Shown piece by piece: positions 1 to 10,500 of a DNA stretch of 32,000 nucleotides (the stretch's first letter is position 1; each line of letters begins with the position of its first letter). A model generated the notes under the pieces. The model ran no database searches, was not told the origin of the DNA, and was given only the letters and a program-made list of their open reading frames with translations. Location of the stretch: positions 6,073 to 38,072 of the forward strand of contig MTSL01000167.1 of the NCBI GenBank assembly GCA_002794465.1, given 5' to 3'. The DNA is from Paramicrosporidium saccamoebae KSL3. Its lineage: Eukaryota > Fungi > Cryptomycota. Made by a program: the position numbers and the translations under genes.

Positions 1-231
1 CTGGATAAACAGCCTGACGAAGTGTATGCTATGGAGCTACTCAATGCCACGGGAATTGTAAATATATTCGAGGTATTGATTTTGTAGTGTGTGGTCCCAG
101 GCAGCGGATTCCGCCAGGCTCCAGGGACTTTTCACATCAGAACGACCTTTCTGCCCAACGAATCCGACTTTGACGCATTCATTGCCCTATGGAATACATT
201 CCACGAAAAGTTCATGTCCAAATGGAAATAA
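1..231 (+). CDS. ALT1: Alanine aminotransferase, C-terminal part (gene truncated by window start); intron 58-87
   Basis: Frame from base 1 reads LDKQPDEVYAMELLNATGI. A 30-nt GT-AG intron follows, then CVVPGSGFRQAPGTFHIRTTFLP...KWK* (TAA 229-231). This matches the conserved ALT C-terminal motif (L.ATGICVVPGSGFGQ..GT.H.RTT.LP). It is not in the ORF track. Confidence 0.9.
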
Positions 232-367
232 ACTTGCAAATGCTAACAATGCAAAGTGGCTGATTCAGAGAGAGGAGTTATTCATATCTACAGACTAGGA
301 ATAAAGTACCAACTAGAAGAGATGATATATACAGACCAAAGTAATGATGGTGAAATGGTACAGCACT

Positions 368-414
368 ATCATTGTCATTGTCATTATTATTATTATTATT
401 ATCATCTTCATCAT
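368..414. repeat. (ATT)n/(CAT)n microsatellite-like tract in the ALT-PRE1 spacer
   Basis: tcattgtcattgtcattattattattattattatcatcttcatcat read directly. Confidence 0.85.
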
Positions 415-488
415 AAGTGGATACCGCTTAACAGGCTCGGCTACAGACCTCACAATAGTGCGAAACGAATAATATATTTATCGGTAGC

Positions 489-1100
489 ATGGAGGCACTC
501 ATTGGCATTACCGGTGCAGACTATGTCATTCTTGCAGCTGACCGTAACGCGGCACGCTCCATCGTGGTTATGAAGAGCACTGAGGACAAATTCCGTTCCT
601 TGGGGCCGTCGGTCGAGTTGGCCTACTGCGGGGAGCCAGGTGACGCGACCAATTTCGCCGAGTATGTGCAGGGCAACGTAAGGCTCTATGCACTGAAAAA
701 TGGGCTGCAGTTGAGCACTTCGGCTACCGCGCATTACACGCGACGTCTCCTGGCTGATTCGTTGCGTAGCAAAGTAAATTTGGAATTAATATTGACAGCA
801 TAGACTCCATACTCGACGAATGTGCTGTTGGGAGGATGCACCGATGGGCCGCAACTCTTCTGGATTGATCATCTGGCGACCCTCACAGAACTACCATTTG
901 CGGCACATGGATATGCGGCATATTTTGTATTGTCACTGATGGATCGTCACTACCGGAAGGGAATGAACTTGGAGGAGGGAATTGCATTGCTAAAGATGTG
1001 CTTGCAAGAACTAAATACGCGTTTCATTGTCAATTTGCGGGAATTTTCGGTCAAGATTGTGAAGGCGACCGGCATTGAGAATCTTGTAATTTCTCTGTAA
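489..1100 (+). CDS. PRE1: 20S proteasome subunit beta type-2 (beta4); exons 489-773, 804-1100
   Basis: MEALIGITGADYVILAAD...SIVVMK...GEPGD...FAEYVQGNVRLY, then after a 30-nt intron (774-803) TPYSTNVLLGG...IDHLATLTELPFAAHGYAAYF...DRHYRKGM. These are PSMB2/Pre1 family motifs. Confidence 0.95.
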
Positions 1101-1340
1101 CTTCAATAAACACTGCGTGGGATCCAATCATTATTGCTCCGTGTTCATGCTGTAATGCAGGACGAAATTAGTGTTCAGGTCCATCCTCTAGTTACCACAC
1201 CCACAATTCCCGGCCAATGGAAAACGGATCGCTGTTACCACTCATCGAAATTTTATTTCAACTTGTACAAAATTTGTAAACATTCAATCCTCTCCTACCC
1301 ATCGGTACTAAAATCCAAGATATCCAATCAACCTGCCTAT

Positions 1341-2439
1341 TCAAGCCCGCTTAGCGCGTTTAGTCGATTTCTTACCGACAGCAGACTTTTTCGGAGACGC
1401 CTTTTTGGCCGGTGCCTTTTTGGCAGTCTTCTTGACGGGCGATTTCTTTGCGGGAGACTTCTTTGCGGGAGATTTCTTTGTGGGAGATTTCGTTGCGGGA
1501 GATTTCTTTGTGGGAGATTTCTTTGCGGGAGATTTCTTCACCGTCTTCTTTGCTACCTTCTTGGCGGGAGACTTCTTAACAGTCTTCTTGGCAGTCTTCT
1601 TGGTAGTCTTCTTGGCGGGAGACTTCTTGGCAGCCGTGGGGGCAGCAGATGCAGCTTCCGGAGCAGCAGCAGCAGCCTTTGTGGCGACAGTCTTCTTTGC
1701 GGCCTTCTTAGCTCCAGCACGCTTTGTGACGGGCTTCTTAGCTCCGACACGCTTTGTGGCGGTCTTTTTGGCTCCAGAACGCTTTGTGGCAGTCTTCTTG
1801 GCTCCAGCACGCTTTGCGGCCGACTTTTTGGCAGCGGGCCGCTTAGTACCAGCAACCTTGGCGGGTTCAGCTGCTACTGCCGGAGTAGCGGATGCAGCGG
1901 GAGAGGCCTCCTTGACGGCAGTCCTCTTCTGAGGCGCCGCCTTTTTCTTGGGCGAAGCCTTTCGCTTAGGTGAAGCAGCCTTCCGCTTTGGGGACGCGGC
2001 CTTCTTGGGCGACGCAGCCTTTGTGGGGGAAGCGGCCTTCTTGGGCGATTTCTTTGGAGATTTCTTGGGGGATTTCTTGGGAGATTTCTTTGGGGATTTC
2101 TTGGGAGATTTCTTGGGGGACTTCTTGGGAGAAGCGGCCTTCTTGGGTGAGACAGCCTTCTTGGTGGGTGTCATGGGAACACCAGCAGCACCAAGAGAAA
2201 AGCGACTCTTGTTGTTGAGCAACTCGCCGTCCTTTACGGCGGCCTTGATCTCCTGATGGACAACGGCGACATTGACCTTTCCGTAATTGTCCTGCAGATA
2301 GCGGGCAATGGAAGTGGCAGTGGAGCCGCCCTTTTCGCGCAGCTCCTCCACGGCCTTGGTGACCATTTCACGGTAGGGCGAGCCCATCGATTTGCGCGGT
2401 GACGTCTACAATGTCAGCGATGGATGCGGTGCTTACCAT
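1341..2439 (-). CDS. Linker histone H1-like protein: H15 globular domain plus a very long Lys/Ala/Pro/Ser tail; ATG-only first exon 2437-2439, intron 2406-2436
   Basis: PYREMVTKAVEELREKGGSTATSIARYLQDNY...IKAAVKDGELLNNKSRFSL is a winged-helix H15 signature. Upstream on the minus strand: ATG|gtaagcaccgcatccatcgctgacattgtag|ACG TCA CCG CGC AAA TCG ATG, which adds MTSPRKS. Confidence 0.85.
2037..2132 (-). repeat. 8 x 12-nt tandem repeat encoding (SPKK)8 in H1
   Basis: Eight consecutive 12-mers of type tttcttgg(g/t)(a/g)ga on the plus strand, with synonymous variation between units. Confidence 0.95.
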
Positions 2440-2485
2440 TGGTGTGTGTGTTGTGCAACCCGCCAATGCCCCTTTTTATCCTTTG

Positions 2486-2503
2486 TGATTGGATGGGGCG
2501 GGG
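2486..2503 (-). promoter_or_regulatory. CCAAT box (CCAATCA) with adjacent GC box upstream of H1
   Basis: tgattgg at 2486-2492 followed by atggggcgggg, about 50 nt upstream of the H1 ATG. Confidence 0.4.
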
Positions 2504-2532
2504 TAAACAAATTTTGCCCGCCAAATTTGGGT

Positions 2533-3274
2533 TTATTGAGGTTGTCGTGTTTTGCTAAGTAGTCGGGTGTGCAATTGGGCATAGATGGTGGCTGAATCAA
2601 GACCAGCAGCGACAAATAGAATGCCCTTGCGCTCATAATGCCGCTGCAGAGCGTCCCGATGCATAGCGTAGTTGTTATATCGTTTGTCAAAACAATCCTA
2701 CAGGAATTAGTATAGCAGAAAAAGCACCATGTCATCATCGTGACGACGAACCAAAGGCTCACCGGTAAGGTCGTCAAGACCAGAGTGACGGGGCGGATTA
2801 AAGGAGCGACTGTAAATGCGTCCGCTGGGGACATGCACCCAACGGTCCATGATGCGGGACTGGAGGACGGGACGTGGCACGTCGAGCAGACAGACGAGAT
2901 GAGGCTGAATTTCGTGTGCATCCAGCAGTTGGGCTTGTCGCAGAGTGCGAGGAAAACCGTCAATTATCCAGCCCGATTCGGCCGGGTCTGACAGGGCATT
3001 AAAGAGAATGTCAGTAATGCGTTCATCCTCCATAAGCTCTACACTTATTATTCGTGGAGAGTGGGTACCGCCCGAAGCCAGGAAACGACGCATCTCCTCT
3101 CCCAGACTATCCTCTCGTTGGGCAAGTCGTTGGAGAATGGCGCCGGTGGAGACGAGTTGTAGTGGACCAAAGTCGCGTTGTATCCATTTAGCTATGGTGC
3201 CCTTTCCGCATGCCTAACCATGAGTAAGGACTCAATGGTACGGGTGGTCCGATTAATACAAGTCGTAATGGCAT
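2533..3274 (-). CDS. ADK2: Adenylate kinase, GTP:AMP phosphotransferase (AK3/Adk2-like, long LID); introns 3214-3241, 3039-3068, 2698-2727
   Basis: Spliced product: MPLRLVLIGPP|ACGKGT...SG|ELMEDERI...WIIDGFPRTLRQA...RWVHVPSGRIYSRSFNPP..GLDDLTGEPLVRRHDDDM|DCFDKRY...*. It has a P-loop, GFPR and an AK3-type LID (W.H.PSGR.Y...FNPP...DD.TGEPL..R.DD). Confidence 0.9.
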
Positions 3275-3470
3275 GCCATCATCCCTGGGAATGTCCATCA
3301 TAGATTCGTACGACTGCAACATCAGGAAGCAATCCAAAGACAGGGAGTGATCCGAGGAGCAATCTAATTGTCAGATTTCGACGAAATCTCGTTATATTAT
3401 ATTGTTGGAACCAATGTAGACTGGCATTCCGTATTTGGAAGATTTACCCCATATGAGGCCGGGTCCGTGA

Positions 3471-3479
3471 TGATTGGCT
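3471..3479. promoter_or_regulatory. CCAAT box (TGATTGGCT) in the ADK2/PRP45 divergent spacer
   Basis: The exact 9-mer recurs in other start-proximal spacers (15691, 19573). Confidence 0.45.
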
Positions 3480-3486
3480 GTTGGGA

Positions 3487-4948
3487 ATGTCTGGACTGGC
3501 AAGGTAAATGCTCGTTGGTCGACTAACCTTATTGTAGTTTGCTACCCAAACCCAAGAATGCTACTATGAGTAGTGTTGAATCTAAAGTTGATGCAGCAAG
3601 TATAGAGACGAGCGGTGAAAAACTGACAGTGACGAGTGGTGAAAAACTGACAGAGACGAGTGGTGAGAAACTGGCAGAGACGACGCTTTGTGGAAATGTC
3701 ACAGTCCAACCGACCAAATACGATCAAATAGCGCACATAGGACATGGACCGGACCGTTTAGTGCAGACACAACTTTCCGACCTTAAGCCAAAATATCTTT
3801 CAGAGGAGGCGTTGCTACGACCAACACCAGAACAGATAGCCGAAGAGACAGAATCAGCTCGTCAGGCGCTCCAGCTGCTTGTCCGCGAAAAGACGGCCCG
3901 TACACAGCCCAAAAGCTTTTCGGCAGGACGGGACACGGAAATGCTGCGGTATACGGGAAAGACGGGAACAGAGCGGATGGTGAAAATGGTCGAAATGCCT
4001 GTGGACCCACTGCAACCGCCAAAGTTCCACCATAAAAGGATTCCACGAGCACCGCCCTCCCCACCAGCACCACGACTGCATAGTCCGCCACGAAAGGTGA
4101 CGACAGAGGAGCAACGCGCATGGCATGTGCCGCCCTGTATTTCCAGTTGGAAGAATCCAAAGGGTTACACTGTGCCCCTCGATAAACGACTGGCGGCTGA
4201 TGGACGCGGGTTGGAGGAAAAAACTATCAACAGCAGAGTCAGTGACCTGGCAGAGGCGCTCTTTTTAGCAGAAAAACACAATAGAGAAGAGGTGGAGATG
4301 CGATCCGTGGTGGAACGCAAAGTACAGCAACAGGAAGCCCGGAAACGGGATGACCAATTGCGATTACTTGCAGAAAAGGCGCGGGAGGAAGCCCGTAGTC
4401 TGGCCGAGGACATTGAACGTGCTGCCCGTCATGAGGAAACGCTGTTGGGTGGAGAGGTCAACACGGGACTCGGTCTTACTGTCCGTGAACGCGAACAAAT
4501 CCGAAAAGATCGTCTCTATGACCGCGAACGGGAAATGCGTCTTTCCCGTCTCCCCCCTGAACAACGAGCCCGATTGGCCGATCGTGACATTTCCGAACGA
4601 ATTGCTCTGGGTACCGTTCAACCCGAAAAGGAGACGCTCTTTGATCAACGTCTCTTTGATCAGTCGTCCGGTGTGGGAGCGGGGATGGGCGGCGGAGAGG
4701 ACGAATTGTATAATCTGTACGACCGTCCCTTATTTGCGGGCAGCGCAATGCACATGATCTATAAACCGCACTCCCAACCAACTCGAGCAGAAAAGGCATT
4801 CAGTGGTACTGAAGGTGTGGCGGTACGCGAGGGACCTGTTCAGTTTGAAAAGGCTCCAGAAAAGGTCCCTGAACAGACGGCTGATCCGTTTGGAGTTGAA
4901 CAGTTCTTGTCAGAGGCCAAGCGTGGAAAGCGTGCCAAGAATGAATAG
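3487..4948 (+). CDS. PRP45: Pre-mRNA splicing factor Prp45/SNW1 (SKIP); exon 1 3487-3503, intron 3504-3537
   Basis: MSGLAS|LLPKPK N-terminus; DPLQPPKF, PPSPPAPRLHSPPRKVT, W.VPPCISSWKNPKGYTVPLDKRLAADGRGL, DRDISERIALG, LFDQRLFDQ, REGPVQFEK. The intron has branch site GACTAAC and ends TTGTAG. Confidence 0.96.
3605..3683 (+). repeat. 3.3 x 24-nt coding tandem repeat (ETSGEKLT-like) in the Prp45 N-terminus
   Basis: gagacgagcggtgaaaaactgaca / gtgacgagtggtgaaaaactgaca / gagacgagtggtgagaaactggca / gagacga. Confidence 0.9.
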
Positions 4949-5000
4949 TCATTGGGAATGGTGTAGTTGTGATCTACTAGAGTCATATTCTATTTGTGAG

Positions 5001-5090
5001 GTTATTAAAATGTTATTAAGATGTTGTTATAAGTCATTACACACCGTTGCATACCGTTATACACCGTTACATACCGCTACATACTGTTTA
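5001..5090. repeat. Short degenerate tandem repeats (11-mer and 10-mer) between the convergent PRP45 and GLC3 3' ends
   Basis: gttattaaaat gttattaagat gttgttataag, then acaccgttgc ataccgttat acaccgttac ataccgctac atactgttta. Confidence 0.8.
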
Positions 5091-5164
5091 TTCAAGTCAT
5101 TACATGGCAATCAGACTCGGTATATTGCTACTCAATTCACCATTACAATCCATTGTTACATGGC

Positions 5165-7507
5165 TCACTTGGCTGAGGTGAGACCAGGATGTAGTAAGAC
5201 TCCTTGTGGCGCCAGCACTAACACAGTACGACATGGAATGTACACTTGCAAATGATGGCTACGATGACACCATTCCCCCTGACGGGTATGGAACACCGAG
5301 ACACTCTCCATAACCCGTCCATGGCCTCCAAAGTATTCAGCATCACTGTTCAACACAATCCGGTACTCCCCAGGGCAATTCACTCCGACAGTGTAATCAA
5401 CAAAGCTCTTGTCGGGATGCAGATTGATCACAAATAACAATGTACCCCGTTCAAAGACAACTACCTTGTCCGTCTCGTGTTTAAGACTCACATAGGCTGC
5501 CGGTGTGGCTAGCAGATGATGTTGAATGTCCAACTGCATTAGACAGCGATCAAAGCGTTCGAGATGACGATATCGCAGCAACGGATCATCCGCCAGATGG
5601 TACTGTCGACGTGCGTAATGGTAGCTAAAGTTGTTTCCATGGCGAGGAAAGTCTAGCCATTCCGGATGGCCAAACTCATTGCCCATAAAGGTCAGATACG
5701 CCTCGCCGCCCAATGCAAACGACAACAAACGGATCAACTTGTGCAAGGCAATTCCGCGGTCAATGGTGGGAGTTAGGACCGTCATATCAGACATGTGTGT
5801 GTACATTTCCTGATCCATCAGCCAAAAGGCCAACGTCTTGTCGCCTACCAAGGCCTGATCGTGACTCTCGGCGTAGGAGATGGTCCGTTCCTTCCAACGA
5901 CGGTTTGTAAGGGTGTGTACTATCCGGCCCAAATCCCAATCTTCATCGCGTGTCTCCTTTAGCAGCTTAATCCACATGTCAGGGATTGCCATTCCCAGCC
6001 GATAATCAAAGCCCACGCCACCCTCCTCCACAGGACGACACAGCAACGGCATCCCCGACACATCCTCTGCTACTGTCACCATCTTTCCTGGATACAACAA
6101 ATGCAGCATGTAATTGGCCTACACATCAATACAAATCCTCTCCTACCAATTGCAGATAAACCAATGCCTCTCCATCCACTGTCGCTCCAAAGTATTCGTG
6201 GTAATCGCCACTGAATCCATATGCAATGCCGTGATGACGATATAACATGGAGGTGACGCCATCAAAGCGGAAGCCGTCGAAACGATACTCTTCGATCCAA
6301 AAACGCAAATTGCTCAGTAGGAAGCGCAACACTTCGCGATTTCCATAATTGAACAGTCGACTGTCCCACAAATCATGACGGCCCCTCCCGCCCTCGTGGA
6401 AATAGCAATGGTCCGTCCCATCAAACTCATTCAGTCCGTCCAATGTGTTCTTGCAGGCGTGAGAATGAACAATGTCCAGTAGCACAGAGATGCCCAACCC
6501 ATGCGCCGTGTCCACGAGATGCTTCAGATCCTCTGGGGTTCCATAGCGACTGGAGGCGGAGAAGAAGCTGGTTACTTGGTATCCAAAGCTACCATAATAG
6601 GCATGCTCCATAATGGCCATCAGTTGGATGCTGTTGTAACCCAGTGCATGGACTCTGGGCAGAATGGTGTCGGCATATTCGCGATAAGTGGCGACTTTGG
6701 CCTCGTTGGTACAAATGCCCACATGCGATTCATAGATGCGGAGGGTGTTAGGGGCAGTCAGACGATCGTGTTTCCAGACAAATGGGTTGGGGGGATCCCA
6801 GAACACCCCCTCATACAAATCCTGCGATCTCTTTTGTTCCGCTCGTGTAATCCACGCTGGAATCCGATCGATCCGACGTCCGTTGCTGTCGACCATGGAA
6901 ATCTTGACTCGACTTCCATGCGCAATGGGCAAGGAGCCGTCCGTTCGGCGTGGTAGCACAATCTCCCATACTCCCCATTCATCGCGTTTCATGGGATGGC
7001 TGCGTCCATTCCATTCATCTAAGAATAAGCCAGGCTGCATGAATTCTACTGAAATCTCCAAAGAAATAGGCTTCGGTGGCACCGGGCGCCCATTCCCGAT
7101 ACACAATGCCCTCAGTAGTCACATTAATGCCCAATCGATTGTATCCACGAGAGAATGCATCCAAACTGCCTTCACTCTCTACGATACTGTTCAGCGTATC
7201 CAAGAAATACTCATATCAACATCATTTACAACACTGACCCCGTGTACCTTGCCTCAATGGCGGGTCGGAAATGCGTCAGATAATGGTCCAATGCCACCGA
7301 CTTGTCCACGGCCAACTTTGCCGTCAGCAAACCTGCTCGTGGGTCTGATACAGGTGAGTCTAAAACTGACGTCTTCCCCTCACCTGTATCTCTCATCTTC
7401 CCCTCGACTGTATCTCTCACTCCCCCCTCAGCCGCATCTCTCGTTTTCCCTGCTCCCGTATCAGCGCTTGGCCTGATACAGTCCTCCCATTCCACCTCAA
7501 TCGTCAT
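5165..7507 (-). CDS. GLC3: 1,4-alpha-glucan (glycogen) branching enzyme, GH13_8; introns about 7217-7247 (ambiguous), 7019-7049, 6119-6146
   Basis: D.YL..F...I..RY; [10 protein letters not shown]; YREWAPGA...GDFNEW; LRIYESHVG; [23 protein letters not shown]; [14 protein letters not shown] (nucleophile); AEDVSGMP (acid/base); [14 protein letters not shown]; [16 protein letters not shown]. Confidence 0.98.
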
Positions 7508-7581
7508 GCCCTATGCCCCGTCAATGGGACATATTTAATCTAATGATTCCCGATTAGGAAAGTGGCAAATCTTACAAAACA
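7508..7581. promoter_or_regulatory. 74-bp putative bidirectional promoter shared by GLC3 and GDB1
   Basis: The spacer lies between the GLC3 ATG (7507, minus) and the reconstructed GDB1 ATG (7582, plus). It is AT-rich and contains a CCAAT-like cgattagg. Function is inferred from position only. Confidence 0.65.
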
Positions 7582-10500
7582 ATGACCGGATTGGGCAACG
7601 GGATGCCGTCGTGTCGTAGGACGACTGAGGGACTGGTTGTGCGACTGGATGGACGGGGCGAGCCGTGGCCAGCATACAAGGTAACATTGAGAGGGAGATG
7701 ATGATAAAGATAGTTTATACGGACATCTGAACGTCAATTGGCGTTTTTTATCGATGCGGACTATGTGTCGATGGAGGGGGAGGATGTGTTTCTGGAGATA
7801 GGGGAACGTCGGGAAAAGTAAACCAATGATATCGATTAACACGATTTAGATTTGTGGAGGAGAATGGACAGAGCCTTGTGGCACGGATATGTAGTCCTGA
7901 CGGAACTTTTTGCTATCGGGTGCGTAATGGAAGTCAATGCAGTAATGGCGGAACCATCCAAACCCTCATCCAACTCCGATTGAAAGACAAGACGATATCA
8001 GCAGATCAGATTGTGTTGCAGACGTTGGTTTCCAAATGGATGGGTCCAATAGCGGAATGGCAGCCGCATCTGAAAGCAGCTAGTGAAGCTGGCTTTAATA
8101 TGATCCATTTTACTCCATTGCAGAAACGGGGAATGTCCAACTCGCCCTATTCCATCTACAACCATTTGGAATTAGACCCCAGCCTATTCAGAGATGGCAC
8201 CCACCAGAACATGGAGGAGCTACAGAGGACAGTAGAATGGATGGAAAAGGAACTGGGAGTATTGGCACTGATTGATGTGGTGTGGAACCACACGGCCTGC
8301 GACAGTCCGTGGCTGGCAGACCATCCTGAAGCGGGCTATACTGTGCAGAATTCCCCCCATCTGGGCATTGCCTTTGAACTGGACGAAGCCATCCTTAAAT
8401 ACTCTAATGAAATCGAGTCGATGCATAATCTCTCTGCCGAGGTGGGATGTGAGGAGGATGTGCAAAAGATTTTGGAAGTGTTTGGAAACCACGTGTTGCC
8501 AGATCTGGCATTGTGGGAATATTTTGTAGTGGATGTTTCGAGAGCGGTGATGGAATTGGAAGCCGTCTTTCGACGAGAAGCTGTACACTCTCCCAAAGTG
8601 GAAATACCATCGACAGTGACTTTTCTAGAAGAGGCGACTTTGGACGATGGCTGCTTCCGTCGAAATTCTCATCGAATGGATGTGGATATGGTAAAGACAC
8701 ATTATCGACAAGAATTGGAGGAATACCGTCGGACGCCCAATGAACGCGATCGCAGTCTTTTGCTTTCCCGAGTGCTGAATGAATATCGGCTGCAACTCGA
8801 TCAGATTAACTATCCGCGCTATCAGCGATACGATGAAAAGGTGCAACAAATCCTAACAAATTTGACTAACCGATTGGTCTATGAACGGGTCGCAGAGAAT
8901 GGTCCACGGATGGGACCCATTGATGCACAAAATCCTCTCGTTTCCACTTACTTTACTCGCATCCCCCGACAGGATGGTGGAGTGTGGGCTTTTGCCAATA
9001 ACGGATGGATTTGGGATGCCGATCCATTACTTAATTTTGCCGAAGCAACCAGCGATGCTTATTTTACACGCGAAGTGATAGTGTGGGGCGACTGTGTAAA
9101 GTTGCGCTTTGGAAAAGGACCGGAGGACAGCCCGTGGCTGTGGGATTATATGCAGCGCTATACGGCTCAGATGGCGTCCCTATTCCATGGATTCCGTATC
9201 GACAATTGTCATTCCACGCCCCTCCACGTGGCAGAGGGACTTTTAAGGGTGGCGCGACAACATCGTCCCAATTTGTATGTCTGTGCTGAGTTGTTTACGG
9301 GATCAGAAGAACGCGATTTGCTGTATGTGACACGATTGGGTCTCAACTCGCTGATCCGGGAAGCCATGGTGGCTTGGGATACCAGCGAATTGGGCCGTAC
9401 CACTGCCAAATACGGTGGTCAGCCATCCGGTCCCTTTGATCGTCCCGAGTATCAAAACCCCCAATCAATGGGGATCCGTCCCTACCAATTAACAGGAATT
9501 TGTCCCTCTCAACCACATGCTCTGTACATGGACTGCACCCACGACAATGAAACCCCCACACAACGGAGAACCACTGAAGACGCCCTATCCAATGCCGCTG
9601 TGGTGGCCATGTGTAGTGCCGCCATCGGAAGCACACGTGGCTATGACGAACTTGTAGCAACGCATCTTAATATTGTCACAGAACAGCGCCATTATCAAAA
9701 GCCCGATCTGACCATGGGAATGTGGAGGGTTCGGGGTGAGCTAAACCGCATCCATCAGCAAATTGTGGAGGAGGGACTGACAGACATTTCGGTGCAGCAG
9801 GATCACGATTTGCTTCTCATCCGACGTACTAATCCAGCCACAACAAAATCACTACTATTGCTCGCCCGTACTGCCTTTGGTCCTACCAACTCTTCGTCCA
9901 TCTGTATCAATCCAATTGATTCCATGACTAATCAATTAGACGAACCGATTGTCTCTGAACGGTACAAAATGGCTGCGATTCTATCGGCACGGATAATGGT
10001 CATCGGACCGTCCACTGAGGGAAGTGACGTGTTTCCTGTAATCCCCACGCGTGTAGAAATGTCCACTGGTCGGATTGTGGAGGGAATGGCGGATTTGGAC
10101 CCGACCTGTCATCGATTGGAGCTCACAAACTTTTCTCCTGGTTCGGTTCTCATTCTCTCCTGCGAACCCGAGTTTGTTGTTCCCCGCCCGCTCCTGCAAC
10201 GCGACGACTGGAAGGCGGTGGAGGAGACAATTCAAAAGTTGGATCTGGTAGAGTTGAACATTTTGTTGTATCGTTGTGCGGAAGAGGAGAATGACAGTCC
10301 CAGTACATTGTAGTAGGGTTTGACTCTGTAGTGCAAATTGGAACATATACACTCCCCGGATATGGGGCATTGGTGTATTCAGGACTGCAGGGTTTCTATG
10401 CCGTAATCAAAAAGTTGCAGAATGCCCCCAACGACCATTGTCCGTTGTGTGACAATGTCCAGAGCGGCGATTGGGCTCTTGACTATTTGTGCAATAGACT

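Noticed and set aside
89-573. Track ORFs 89-298 and 256-573
   Set aside because: The first is an off-frame overlap of the ALT last exon. The second is held open by the (ATT)n tract, giving poly-Tyr/His.
1240-1340. Possible histone-type 3' stem-loop or Sm-site snRNA after H1
   Set aside because: No GGYYYTTYNNARRRCC-type hairpin after the stop and no U1/U2/U4/U5/U6 signature motifs. The AATTTTG match is trivial in AT-rich DNA.
1134-2256. Long plus-strand ORFs (279, 175, 102 aa) antisense to H1
   Set aside because: These are shadow frames of the Lys/Ala/Pro repeats: antisense of AAG/AAA/GCC codons is stop-poor and gives F/L/G repeats.
10303-10331. Apparent split of GDB1 into two ORFs (separate transferase and glucosidase genes, or a frameshift)
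   Set aside because: A canonical 29-nt GT-AG intron joins them in frame (…DSPM QIGTY…).
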